Notes: generated by a model not told the origin, from the sequence alone. Counted from the stretch's first letter, positions 28,670-37,577 are shown. The stretch is DNA of 48,435 nucleotides from an uncultured Desulfobacteraceae bacterium (GCA_964389665.1 CAYMFC010000002.1:1-48435); one strand, 5' to 3'. Program-made: numbers and translations.

Positions 28670-28975
28670 ATGAACTCATCATCCCAAACGTGGCGGCACC
28701 CCGGAGGTAAACTCAGAGAACTCGGCCCTGAGAACTTATCGGATGCTGAGCTTCTCGCCATACTGATCTCATCAGGCATCAAGGGAAAGCCGGCAGAAAC
28801 GATTGCCGGTGAGATCCTCGCCACATTCGGCTCATTCAAGGGAATGGCAAACCAGCCTTTACACAAGTTTCTTGAAATAAAAGGGCTGGGAGATGTGAAA
28901 ATTATCAGGATTGCTGCTGCCTTTGAGATCGCACGAAGGATAGTAAACCAGGTATTAAAAGACCATGAAAAGTAA
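28670..28975 (+). CDS. RadC-family N-terminal helix-hairpin-helix module only (no JAB/MPN domain)
   Basis: In this 101-aa ORF, LSDAELLAILISSGIKGKPAETIAGEILATFGSFKGMANQPLHKFLEIKGLGDVKIIRIAAAFEIARRI matches the N-terminal half of RadC/UPF0758 proteins. The ORF ends before the metalloprotease-like half and overlaps the next gene by 11 bp. Confidence 0.75.
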   Translation: MNSSSQTWRHPGGKLRELGPENLSDAELLAILISSGIKGKPAETIAGEILATFGSFKGMANQPLHKFLEIKGLGDVKIIRIAAAFEIARRIVNQVLKDHEK

Positions 28976-31900
28976 AAAACTGGGCAAAATCTCAAGCAAG
29001 ACGAAAACAGAGATTTTTAGGGCATCTGTTTTTGATGTCAGTGTCCACAAGACAGAGCGTACTTGCGTTGCCAAAGTAGCTGAATGGATTAATGGTATTG
29101 CCAAGAAAAAAGGGCTGGATATAGGTCCAGCCGAAGTCGAAACCCGCAGTGCAGATGACAAGTATCCAGATATCGTCATCTTTGAAAATCCCCGAAGTCA
29201 AAACCTTTTATGTGTAGCAGAATTTAAACCACCCTATTTTGATCCATTTGATGAAAAGGAGCTTAAAGAACCTTCAAGGCTGAAAGCAACTCATAGAAGG
29301 GCCAAATATTTTGCCACGTGTAATTTTAAAAAACTTATCTGGTTCAACACGGAAAAGGCAAATGCCTTTAAACCAGAAGAACAACAAATCGTTGAAAAAT
29401 ATCATCTCTCAGAACTTGAGAATCTGGATGATATTGACCAAACAAGGCATAGCGAGCCTATAAAGAAAGGGCTTGAAGATTTTCTTACCCAGCTTTACTC
29501 CGTCTCTTCAGGCAAAGAGCCCGAGCCAAAACAGGCGATCGACGAGTTTTTGATTTTCAGGCTCCAGGAGAAGATAAAAGTTCTCTCTACCTACTATAAA
29601 AGAATTATTGATGATCAATGCCACAAAGACCCTCCTTTCGCTAAGAGAATAAAGAACTGGTTTGTAGATCAGGGTTGGAGTTTTGTCTGGCAGCCCCAGG
29701 ACTTTGAGAAAGCGGCAAGACAGACTGCCTATCTTCTTATAAACAAAATCCTTTTCTACAACCTTCTTCAAGCAAAGAGACCGGAGGCCCTTGACCCTCT
29801 CGAAATACCTGAAGGACTTACAAAAGGTGCAGTGCTCCAGGCAACCCTTCAGGGTTATTTCAACCAGGTTTTGAAGATAGACTACGAAACTATCTATACC
29901 ACGGATTTCATAGATACCATAGCCTTCCCTGAGGCGAGAGAGGTGGTAAAAGAAATAAAAGAGCTTATTAGTGTCCTGAAAAGATATGACTTTTCTAAAC
30001 TTGGATATGATGTTATCGGCAGGATTTTTGAAGGCCTTATTCCCTCTAATGAACGGCACAATTTAGGCCAATATTTCACCAGCCCTGATGTGGTTGATTT
30101 AATCCTTGGGTTCTGTTTACATCATGAAGACAACAAGATCCTTGATCCAGCCTCTGGGGCAGGAACCTTTCTTGTAAGGGCCTACCAGCACAAAAAATTG
30201 ATGAATCAATATAAAAGTCACGAGGATATCCTCGAAACCCTTTGGGGGAATGATATTGCCAAATTCCCGGCTCACCTTGCCACAATAAACCTTGCTCTTA
30301 ACGACCTCGGTGCAGATAAGAATTATCCGAATATTCTTCAAGAGGATTTCTTTGCCCTTCTTGTCGGAGATAACGGTTTTGATCCTGAAAAATGGCGAAG
30401 GGTCAGGGCAAAAACACTTGGGCTTCAAGAGCGAGAAGTCATTTATCCACGCTGGTTTGATGCTGTGGTGGGCAATCCACCCTATACAAGGCAAGAGGAG
30501 ATAAGCAAAATCTCCCCTGAGGATGCCGAATACAAAAGAAAGCTTATCAATAAAGCTCTCTTGGATTTAAGAGGCAAAAAGACTGCTGAGATAGGAAAAC
30601 GAGCAGGCATCCATGCTTATTTTTTTGTCCATGGCACAAAGTTTCTAAAGGATAAAGGGTTTTTTGGATTCATCGTCTCAAATTCATGGCTCGATGTCGA
30701 CTATGGCAAAGGACTTCAGGAGTTCTTCTTAAAGAATTACAAAGTCGTTGCCATAATCGAATCCAAAGTAGAACGCTGGTTTGAAGAAGCAGACATTAAT
30801 ACCTGCATCATTATCCTCCAAAAGTGCAAAGACAGGAAGGAGCGAGATCAAAATCTCCTCAGGTTTGTGTATCTAAAGAAGTCGCTCAGATACTTTATTC
30901 CGCCAGCGCAGGATATGTGGGAAAAGCAGATTGAGAGACTAAATGCCATAGACAAACTCAAAAAAACTATCCTCGCCCATAATGAACTTTACGAGAATGA
31001 GGATTTGAGAATTTTTCCCAAAAAGCAGAGCGAGCTATGGGATGAGGGTTTTGACCTTGAGAAGGAAAAATATGTGGGAGCAAAGTGGGGCAAATACCTG
31101 AGGGCACCGGAGATCTTCTTTAAGATTCTGGAAAAAGGCAAAACTAAGCTCATCCCATTGAAAAAGATAGCGGAGATTCACAGAGGGTTTACAACTGGTG
31201 CAGACCCTTGGTTTTATGTTTCTGACATAACGAGCTTAATAGGGCCTAAAGAAATTGAGATGATGGCCAATAGATCAAACTACAAAGGAAAACATGAAAA
31301 TCTAAGACTCATCCTAAGTGGTGATGGAACAAAATGGCTTATCGAGAAGGAATATTTGTATCCTGTTATTCGTAATCCTGAGGATTATAAAAAGATTCTT
31401 ATAGACTTCGCATCGGTTGAAGATTTCGTTATTGTTGTAAGCGAGCCAAAAGACAAAATTAACAGCAAACTTGTCTATAATTATATTCTTCATGGTGAAA
31501 AGAAAGTATATAAGATGGGCAAAGATAGAAGTATGATACCTGCTAAAACCGACACATGCTCCTCAAGGGAGTATTGGTATCAATTACCAGCTATTAACCC
31601 ATCGCGTATTTTATGGCAAAAGGCATTTGACATTTACCACAGGCATTATATTGTCAGTAACAACGTCCTTGCAAACCAACGTTTCTACTCCATTTATCCG
31701 AAAAAAGTCCAAGATCTTGAAATAATAGCTGCCTTCCTAAACTCGCTGCTGGTTCCTTTATATCTTGAATTTCAGAGGTCGGGAATGGGGCTCGGAGCAA
31801 TTGAAGCAACAGTGGACGAAGTTAAAAGGATTTTAGTAGTTAATGCAAAAGTAGTAGAAGCTCCCGCAAGAAGTAAGCTATCGAAAGCGCTGAACAAGTT

Positions 31901-32552
31901 AGGAGAGAGGGAGATTGATTCAATTTTTGAAGAACTCGGTGCATACTCCCCCAAAGAGGTCTCCCTTGAAAAGGCCAAGGCTGATCGCAGGGAGCTTGAT
32001 AAAATCATTATGGGCGAAATCTTGGGGCTTACTGATGAGGAGCAACTTCAAGTCTATAGAGCCATAGTGGATTTGGTAAAATCAAGGATTGAGAAGGCAA
32101 AGAGCTTTGGCAAAAAGAAAAGAACAAAAGATGGAATAGATGTAGATGCCCTCGTTAAAACTGTCATGGACAAAATTGGCGATGAGACGCTTGGAAAATT
32201 CTATAAAGAAAAGATCATCACCCTGAAGCCCCTGCTAACAAAACCACTACCCCAGGAATCAGGCAAAGTCAGAATTCAACAACATTTATTCGGCTGGAGA
32301 CTTTCTTCTGGCAAGAAATATCTTGAATGTGATTCAGAAGAAGAAGCCCGCTATCTCAAAATCTTTCTCGAAGCAGGAATGGATACAGTGAACATCCCAA
32401 AAGATAATGAATACTTAAAAACCATCCTTCCAGAGATAGAAATCTTGCATGTAAAAATATCTGACATCATCAATTCCTATCTTGAATCCATTGCAGACAC
32501 AAAAACAAAAGCAACGATAAGCCATCTCCTTTGGACAGAGGTTATGAAATGA
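28965..32552 (+). CDS. Single-chain restriction-modification enzyme, type IIG-like (PD-ExK nuclease + N6-adenine methyltransferase + target-recognition region + C-terminal extension)
   Basis: The 1195-aa ORF has a candidate PD-(D/E)xK, YPDIVIF...LLCVAEFKPP, at about aa 67-90. It has SAM motif I (KILDPASGAGTFLV), catalytic motif IV (VVGNPPYTRQEE), an Eco57I-type segment (FFGFIVSNSWLDVDYG) and a TaqI-C-type TRD signature (IAEIHRGFTTGADPWFYV). Confidence 0.82.
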   Translation: MKSKKLGKISSKTKTEIFRASVFDVSVHKTERTCVAKVAEWINGIAKKKGLDIGPAEVETRSADDKYPDIVIFENPRSQNLLCVAEFKPPYFDPFDEKELKEPSRLKATHRRAKYFATCNFKKLIWFNTEKANAFKPEEQQIVEKYHLSELENLDDIDQTRHSEPIKKGLEDFLTQLYSVSSGKEPEPKQAIDEFLIFRLQEKIKVLSTYYKRIIDDQCHKDPPFAKRIKNWFVDQGWSFVWQPQDFEKAARQTAYLLINKILFYNLLQAKRPEALDPLEIPEGLTKGAVLQATLQGYFNQVLKIDYETIYTTDFIDTIAFPEAREVVKEIKELISVLKRYDFSKLGYDVIGRIFEGLIPSNERHNLGQYFTSPDVVDLILGFCLHHEDNKILDPASGAGTFLVRAYQHKKLMNQYKSHEDILETLWGNDIAKFPAHLATINLALNDLGADKNYPNILQEDFFALLVGDNGFDPEKWRRVRAKTLGLQEREVIYPRWFDAVVGNPPYTRQEEISKISPEDAEYKRKLINKALLDLRGKKTAEIGKRAGIHAYFFVHGTKFLKDKGFFGFIVSNSWLDVDYGKGLQEFFLKNYKVVAIIESKVERWFEEADINTCIIILQKCKDRKERDQNLLRFVYLKKSLRYFIPPAQDMWEKQIERLNAIDKLKKTILAHNELYENEDLRIFPKKQSELWDEGFDLEKEKYVGAKWGKYLRAPEIFFKILEKGKTKLIPLKKIAEIHRGFTTGADPWFYVSDITSLIGPKEIEMMANRSNYKGKHENLRLILSGDGTKWLIEKEYLYPVIRNPEDYKKILIDFASVEDFVIVVSEPKDKINSKLVYNYILHGEKKVYKMGKDRSMIPAKTDTCSSREYWYQLPAINPSRILWQKAFDIYHRHYIVSNNVLANQRFYSIYPKKVQDLEIIAAFLNSLLVPLYLEFQRSGMGLGAIEATVDEVKRILVVNAKVVEAPARSKLSKALNKLGEREIDSIFEELGAYSPKEVSLEKAKADRRELDKIIMGEILGLTDEEQLQVYRAIVDLVKSRIEKAKSFGKKKRTKDGIDVDALVKTVMDKIGDETLGKFYKEKIITLKPLLTKPLPQESGKVRIQQHLFGWRLSSGKKYLECDSEEEARYLKIFLEAGMDTVNIPKDNEYLKTILPEIEILHVKISDIINSYLESIADTKTKATISHLLWTEVMK

Positions 32553-32703
32553 GTGGAAGCAAATTATAAAAGGAAATCTAAATCAATGTGGGAAGGATTG
32601 GATATGGATTATCGAAAGATCCATTGTAATTGTATATGGTAATCATTGGCAAAAATGAAGAGGATTACTACAGTTTTGCAAAAAGGGGACTGATACAATA
32701 GGG

Positions 32704-34164
32704 ATGGAAGAGAAGGATCTAAAGAAGTTGTTGGCCTCAGGCGAAACCGATACCTTGGAGTTTAAAGAAAATTTTGACAAAAATACCATAGAGGCTGCCG
32801 GAGCGTTTGCCAATACAAAAGGCGGAACTATTATCATCGGCATCTCTGATAGAAATAGGGTTACAGGTGTGCACGTTGGAAGAGAAACGTTAAAAACCTG
32901 GGCAAACCAGATTTCTCAAAGTACCGAGCCTCGTATTATTCCCGGAATCGAGCTTGGCGAAATTAATAAAAAACCTGTCGCCCTTATTACCATTAAGGAG
33001 TTCCCTATCAAACCCGTATCGGTAAAAGGCAGATACTTCCGAAGGGTCGGAAATAGCAACCGCGTAATGAGTATGCAAGAAATTGCACAAATGCATTTTC
33101 ATTCCGTCGGGATGAGTTGGGATAAACTCCCGGCAAGGGATGCTTCTATGAAAGACATAGACCTTGAAAAGGTCAAAAAATACATTGATAAAGCGAATGA
33201 AACCGGCAGAAGAAAAATTCAGGCGGATGAGAATCCCATACAGGTTCTTGAAAAACTGGAGATAATAAAAGAAGAGACACCTACCTGGGCGGCAATTCTT
33301 CTTTTTCATCAGCACCCTCAGCGCCTTCTTCCCCAGGGAGTAATCCACTGCGGGAGATTTAAAGAAGAGATCATAGTCATTGACGATAGGATGATTGAAA
33401 GTACAATCACCGAACAGGTCGAAGAGGCTATGGATTTCATACGGAAGAATATCAACGTACAATTTGTTATGACCGGTGAGCCGGCACGGGAGCAAATCTG
33501 GGATTATCCTATTGATGCTTTGAGAGAAGCGATAATTAATGCGGTATGCCATAGAGACTACACGATTTCTTCAAATACTGAAATCAGGATATATGACGAC
33601 AGATTGATTGTGTGGAGTCCTGGTGGATTGCCGTTTGGCATTACTATTGAAGACCTGTACAGACCTCATCCCTCCGTGCTTCGGAACAAGGGAATAGCAG
33701 GGATCTTTTACGACATGGGATGGATTGAGCAGTGGGGAAGCGGGATAGATAAGATGCGAAATGCCTGTGTAAAGGCCGGACTTCCTGAACCTCAATTTGA
33801 AGAGTATCATGGGTTCCGGGTAATCTTCAGGAAAGATATTTATACAGAAGAATATCTCCGCAAAGCGGGCTTAAATGAGCGGCAGATTAAGGCGGTGATG
33901 CATGTGAAGGAGAAAGGGAGGATTACGAATAAGGAATATCAAGAGGCTAATGGGGTCTCCAGGCAGACTGCTGCACGTGAACTATCATATCTTGCGCAGT
34001 CTGATATATTCTTGAGGCATGGAAAAACAGGGAGAGATACCTATTATACTTTATCCGGAAAAACAACTGAAAGTGAAAACGCCTCACAAACGCCTAATAA
34101 ACGCCTCACAAACGCCACAAAGGGTCCGAAAGCGGGGTCAAAAACGCCGGAAATAAGCCACTGA
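32704..34164 (+). CDS. AlbA_2 (Schlafen-type) DNA/RNA-binding domain + HATPase_c_4-like domain + C-terminal wHTH protein (COG2865-type)
   Basis: The 486-aa ORF has an N-terminus, ESGETDTLEFKENFDKNTIEAAGAFANTKGGTIIIGISD, typical of AlbA_2. The central REAIINAVCHRDY...IRIYDDRLIVWSPGGLP is typical of the RecG-like ATPase-fold domain. The C-terminus (ITNKEYQEANGVSRQTAARELSYL) is an HTH, followed by a low-complexity basic tail. Confidence 0.82.
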   Translation: MEEKDLKKLLASGETDTLEFKENFDKNTIEAAGAFANTKGGTIIIGISDRNRVTGVHVGRETLKTWANQISQSTEPRIIPGIELGEINKKPVALITIKEFPIKPVSVKGRYFRRVGNSNRVMSMQEIAQMHFHSVGMSWDKLPARDASMKDIDLEKVKKYIDKANETGRRKIQADENPIQVLEKLEIIKEETPTWAAILLFHQHPQRLLPQGVIHCGRFKEEIIVIDDRMIESTITEQVEEAMDFIRKNINVQFVMTGEPAREQIWDYPIDALREAIINAVCHRDYTISSNTEIRIYDDRLIVWSPGGLPFGITIEDLYRPHPSVLRNKGIAGIFYDMGWIEQWGSGIDKMRNACVKAGLPEPQFEEYHGFRVIFRKDIYTEEYLRKAGLNERQIKAVMHVKEKGRITNKEYQEANGVSRQTAARELSYLAQSDIFLRHGKTGRDTYYTLSGKTTESENASQTPNKRLTNATKGPKAGSKTPEISH

Positions 34165-34268
34165 AAAAGCTCCATGAGGTTTGAGATACGTAAAGGCTTT
34201 ATATATTTTAAAAAAAGCATCAAGTGCATCGTAATTGCATCAATGGAAACTTATCAAAGATAATCGTT

Positions 34269-35246
34269 TTATTCCCGTCCTCCCAATATGCTTCCGGTAT
34301 ACAGGGTGCTCCCGCGAAAAAACTCCACTGCTGAAAGCCTCTTTTTCCCCGGGACTTGGATCTTGCTCACAATCACACACCCTTTTCCGGTCTCTATCTC
34401 AAGCCCTCTGTCCCCGACATACCTTATTCGACCGGGGCTGAAAGAATGCTCTTCATGGTGGGAAGACAGACACCCAAAGAGCTTCATCATGCCGCCCTGA
34501 TAAGGGGTAAAGGCCCCGGGCCAGGGATCCAGCCCCCTGATAAGCCCGCATATCTGTTCCGCTGGCCTGGACCAGTCTATCAATCCTTGCTCCTTGGTCA
34601 GCCTTGGGGCATAGGTGGCAAGGGAGTCATCCTGCTTTCTCGGTGCAACCGTACCGTGATTCAATCCCTGGATGGTTTTTATAAGCAGTTCAGGTGCAAA
34701 AGCAGAGAGCCTATCGTGCAGCCCACCCGCCGTCTCCCCTTCCAGGATATCTACCTCCTGCTGAAGGATGATCGGACCGGTATCAAGACCCTCGTCCATG
34801 AACATCGTGGTGAGGCCGGTGGTCTTCTCGTTGTTGATAATCGCCCACTGGATCGGGGCGGAACCCCGGTATCGCGGGAGCAGCGAGGCGTGGATATTGA
34901 TCCCACCCCACATGGCCACGCTCAGGACCTTTCCGGGAATTATCTGCCCGAAAGCCACTACGACAAGCAGATCGGGCTGTAATGGATTAATGGCCTCAAG
35001 GAATCTATCGTCAAGCCTTTCCGGCTGGAGAATGTTGAGATTATTCTCCTGGGCAACCACCTTGATTGGGGAAGGGGACAGTCTTTGACCCCGCCCTTTT
35101 GGCCTGTCAGGCTGGGTAACCACGCTGAGAATCTCGTATCTCTCACGGATGATCGTCTCAAGGGTAGGCACAGCGAACTGAGGTGTTCCCATGAAGACGA
35201 CCCTGGGCCGCGAGGGCAATGGCTCACGAGGGACTCTCTCATCCAT
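34269..35246 (-). CDS. fmt: Methionyl-tRNA formyltransferase
   Basis: The 325-aa ORF has the motifs VVFMGTPQFAVP, INIHASLLPRYRGSAPIQWAI and a C-terminal Fmt domain. It overlaps the def stop. Confidence 0.93.
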   Translation of the reverse strand: MDERVPREPLPSRPRVVFMGTPQFAVPTLETIIRERYEILSVVTQPDRPKGRGQRLSPSPIKVVAQENNLNILQPERLDDRFLEAINPLQPDLLVVVAFGQIIPGKVLSVAMWGGINIHASLLPRYRGSAPIQWAIINNEKTTGLTTMFMDEGLDTGPIILQQEVDILEGETAGGLHDRLSAFAPELLIKTIQGLNHGTVAPRKQDDSLATYAPRLTKEQGLIDWSRPAEQICGLIRGLDPWPGAFTPYQGGMMKLFGCLSSHHEEHSFSPGRIRYVGDRGLEIETGKGCVIVSKIQVPGKKRLSAVEFFRGSTLYTGSILGGRE

Positions 35247-35754
35247 TACCTATCTCTCTATCCCTTTTCATCAGCTTCGCTATCTTCTTCTTGTAAAGGT
35301 TTCTCTTAAGGCGGCTGACATGATCAAGTATGAGGGTACCATTAAGGTGATCGATCTCGTGCTGGATGCAGACGGAAAGCAGACCTTCCGCCTCGATATC
35401 GGTCGGATTACCATCCCTATCAAGTCCCGTTACCTTGAGGTATTTCTTCCTGGTGGTCTTGGCCAGAAAATCAGGGACACTCAGGCACCCCTCCTCAAAC
35501 TCTATCCTATCCTCCGCCAAGACGATGACTGGATTAATCAAGACATTGAGGCTTCTTCCCTTGTCCCGGTAGTCCAGATCGAAGACAAAAACCTGTTTCG
35601 CTACCCCCACCTGATTTGCGGCGAGGCCTATACCCGCTGCCCCGTACATTAACTCTCCCATCGTGTCTATGAGATCCTGTATATCCTGATCGATATTGTG
35701 CACAGGCTCAGCCTTTTCCTTCAAGATTGGTTCAGGATAGGCAACTATCTCCAT
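35239..35754 (-). CDS. def: Peptide deformylase
   Basis: The three Def motifs are present: GIGLAANQVG, EGCLSVP and HEIDHLNG. I chose the ATG at 35754 (MEIVAYPEPIL) after a GGAGGG RBS, whereas the track ORF extends to 35814. Confidence 0.93.
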   Translation of the reverse strand: MEIVAYPEPILKEKAEPVHNIDQDIQDLIDTMGELMYGAAGIGLAANQVGVAKQVFVFDLDYRDKGRSLNVLINPVIVLAEDRIEFEEGCLSVPDFLAKTTRKKYLKVTGLDRDGNPTDIEAEGLLSVCIQHEIDHLNGTLILDHVSRLKRNLYKKKIAKLMKRDREIGNG

Positions 35755-35961
35755 ATCTCCCAACCCTCCGCAAGTTCGTTTCCTTTCCCTGTACTCTAAA
35801 CACTTACCCATCAAAAATCAAGCTCCCAAGAAGGGGCTCCCTTACCGATCCATAGCCGGTGCCTCGGCCTTGCCATAGCCTTCACCTGATTCCCCTTGCC
35901 TTCGTATCCTCGTATATCTTACTATGCTTACCTATCATTGTCAGGGGAGGCCTCTTCTCCA

Positions 35962-36642
35962 ATGAGCCCTCGGGTAACGGCGGTCAGCGATAGTCAATTA
36001 CTGAAACGGGGTGCCCATCAATTTGGGGTAACCCTCTCAGAGGAACAGCTGCATCTGTTCATCCTCTTCCTGGAGAACATATGGGCGTGGAACAAACGCA
36101 TAAACCTCACGGGCATTACCAAAAAGAGGGAGATGATCATAAAACTCCTGCTCGACCCTCTGGTGGCCCTCCCATATCTCCCTGCGAGCGGAACCCTTCT
36201 TGATGTAGGCTCAGGGGCCGGGATACCGGGCCTGCCGCTCAAGATAGCAAGACCAAGCTACGAGGTTCATCTGCTCGAAGCGAGGGCGAAGAAGGTGAGT
36301 TTTCTAAGGTACATGACCAGAAAGATAGGCCTCACAGGTATTAAGGCATTTCAGGGGAGGGCTGAGAAGGGCCATGATCTTCCAGCCTTGTTTCCCGGCT
36401 ACGATATCGTTACAGCCCGTGCCCTGGCCCCGCTTATAAAAACTATCGACATTTGTTACCCTTACATCAGGCCCGGCGGCCTTTTGGTTGTCTTTAAGGG
36501 ATCGGGTATTCACCGCGAGTTAGCCAACAGTCAGGCCGCAATAGATTATCTGGGCTTGGGGATCGAGACAAAGGCCGCGTACCGTCTCCCCGAGACTCGG
36601 GGAGAAAGACATCTTCTTATACTAAAAAGGTATCTAAGGTAA
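35962..36642 (+). CDS. rsmG: 16S rRNA (guanine527-N7)-methyltransferase RsmG (GidB)
   Basis: The ORF has NLTGI...LLDVGSGAGIPGLPLKI (SAM motif) and the C-terminal VTARALAPL. The start is probably the ATG at 35962, whereas the track ORF begins at 35896. Confidence 0.87.
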   Translation: MSPRVTAVSDSQLLKRGAHQFGVTLSEEQLHLFILFLENIWAWNKRINLTGITKKREMIIKLLLDPLVALPYLPASGTLLDVGSGAGIPGLPLKIARPSYEVHLLEARAKKVSFLRYMTRKIGLTGIKAFQGRAEKGHDLPALFPGYDIVTARALAPLIKTIDICYPYIRPGGLLVVFKGSGIHRELANSQAAIDYLGLGIETKAAYRLPETRGERHLLILKRYLR

Positions 36643-36658
36643 AGGAGGATCTGCAGTC

Positions 36659-37075
36659 ATGACCGTTATCATACAATATCTCGAGATAGAAACCGGGGGA
36701 TTTAATGATGTTCATGATATCACGCCAATGATAAGCGGCTTTGTGAAGGACCTCCCCTTTTCCGAGGGCTCCGTTACCATATTTATCCCCGGCTCTACTG
36801 CCGGTGTCACTACTATCGAATTCGAATCGGGCGTAGTAGATGATCTGAAAAACGCCTTCGAAAGACTCATCCCTCAGACCATAGAGTACAGGCATAACCT
36901 GCGATGGGGGGATGGGAATGGCTTCTCTCACGTAAGATCGGCGATATGCAAAACCTCTCTCACCGTGCCCTTTGCTGACAATAGGATGCTCACCGGCACC
37001 TGGCAGCAAATCGTGCTCTTGGACTTCGATAACAGAAAAAGGCGCAGAACAGTAATAGTGCAGGGAATTGGCTGA
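36659..37075 (+). CDS. yjbQ: YjbQ/UPF0047-family protein (secondary thiamine-phosphate synthase-like)
   Basis: The 138-aa ORF has family-typical motifs (DITPMI, TAGVTTIEFESGVVDDL, GTWQQIVLLDFD). It is preceded by a strong RBS (AAGGAGGA). Confidence 0.83.
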   Translation: MTVIIQYLEIETGGFNDVHDITPMISGFVKDLPFSEGSVTIFIPGSTAGVTTIEFESGVVDDLKNAFERLIPQTIEYRHNLRWGDGNGFSHVRSAICKTSLTVPFADNRMLTGTWQQIVLLDFDNRKRRRTVIVQGIG

Positions 37076-37156
37076 AGAGGTCTTGTGCGTTTTATCTTGG
37101 CGCGTTTTGTTGCGCCCCAGGGGCAAGAGGGCTACGGCGATAAAAACGTTGGCTTT

Positions 37157-37375
37157 TTACCTTAAACGATAGGTAATCAAACCGTGGGATGTATCGTACG
37201 GTGAGACGCTCACCTGGACCTTATCCCCCACTATAACCTTGATCTTGTTTTTCTTCATTCTGCCGGAAAGCACGCCGGTTATCTTCAGTCCTTGGTCGCA
37301 CTCAACCTCCATGGTTCCACCGCCTAACATCTTTTTGACCACACCCTCAAGTTGTATGAGATCGTCTCTACTCAA
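37157..37375 (-). CDS. infA: Translation initiation factor IF-1
   Basis: The 72-aa ORF is a canonical IF-1 S1-fold sequence (GVVKKMLGGGTMEVECDQG...SGRMKKNKIKVIVGDKVQVSVSPYD). Confidence 0.95.
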   Translation of the reverse strand: MSRDDLIQLEGVVKKMLGGGTMEVECDQGLKITGVLSGRMKKNKIKVIVGDKVQVSVSPYDTSHGLITYRLR

Positions 37376-37577
37376 TTCCTCTTCTTTTCTCCTGTCTATA
37401 TGCTATGGTTTTCCTATATGGCATAAAAATACTTTTTATGTCAATATGTTACAATAAAATTTTTTTAAAATCGAAACAATATAGCTATAATCTTACCCCT
37501 TTGAGAAAAAACCCCGGTACAGGGTGCGCTCATCATATATTTGGATTTTGACGAACAACGATATTTTTTGTATAAAT

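Larger units (their letters stand above)
27106..34230. other. Low-GC accessory island (TA modules + R-M-type cassette) between tRNA-Ser genes and fmt/def
   Basis: The gene content is typical of defence islands. Spot GC counts of 60-nt lines give about 37% (31321-31380) and 40% (33181-33240), against about 60% in the flanking cysK-like gene (24421-24480). I saw no integrase and no att repeat. Confidence 0.6.
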
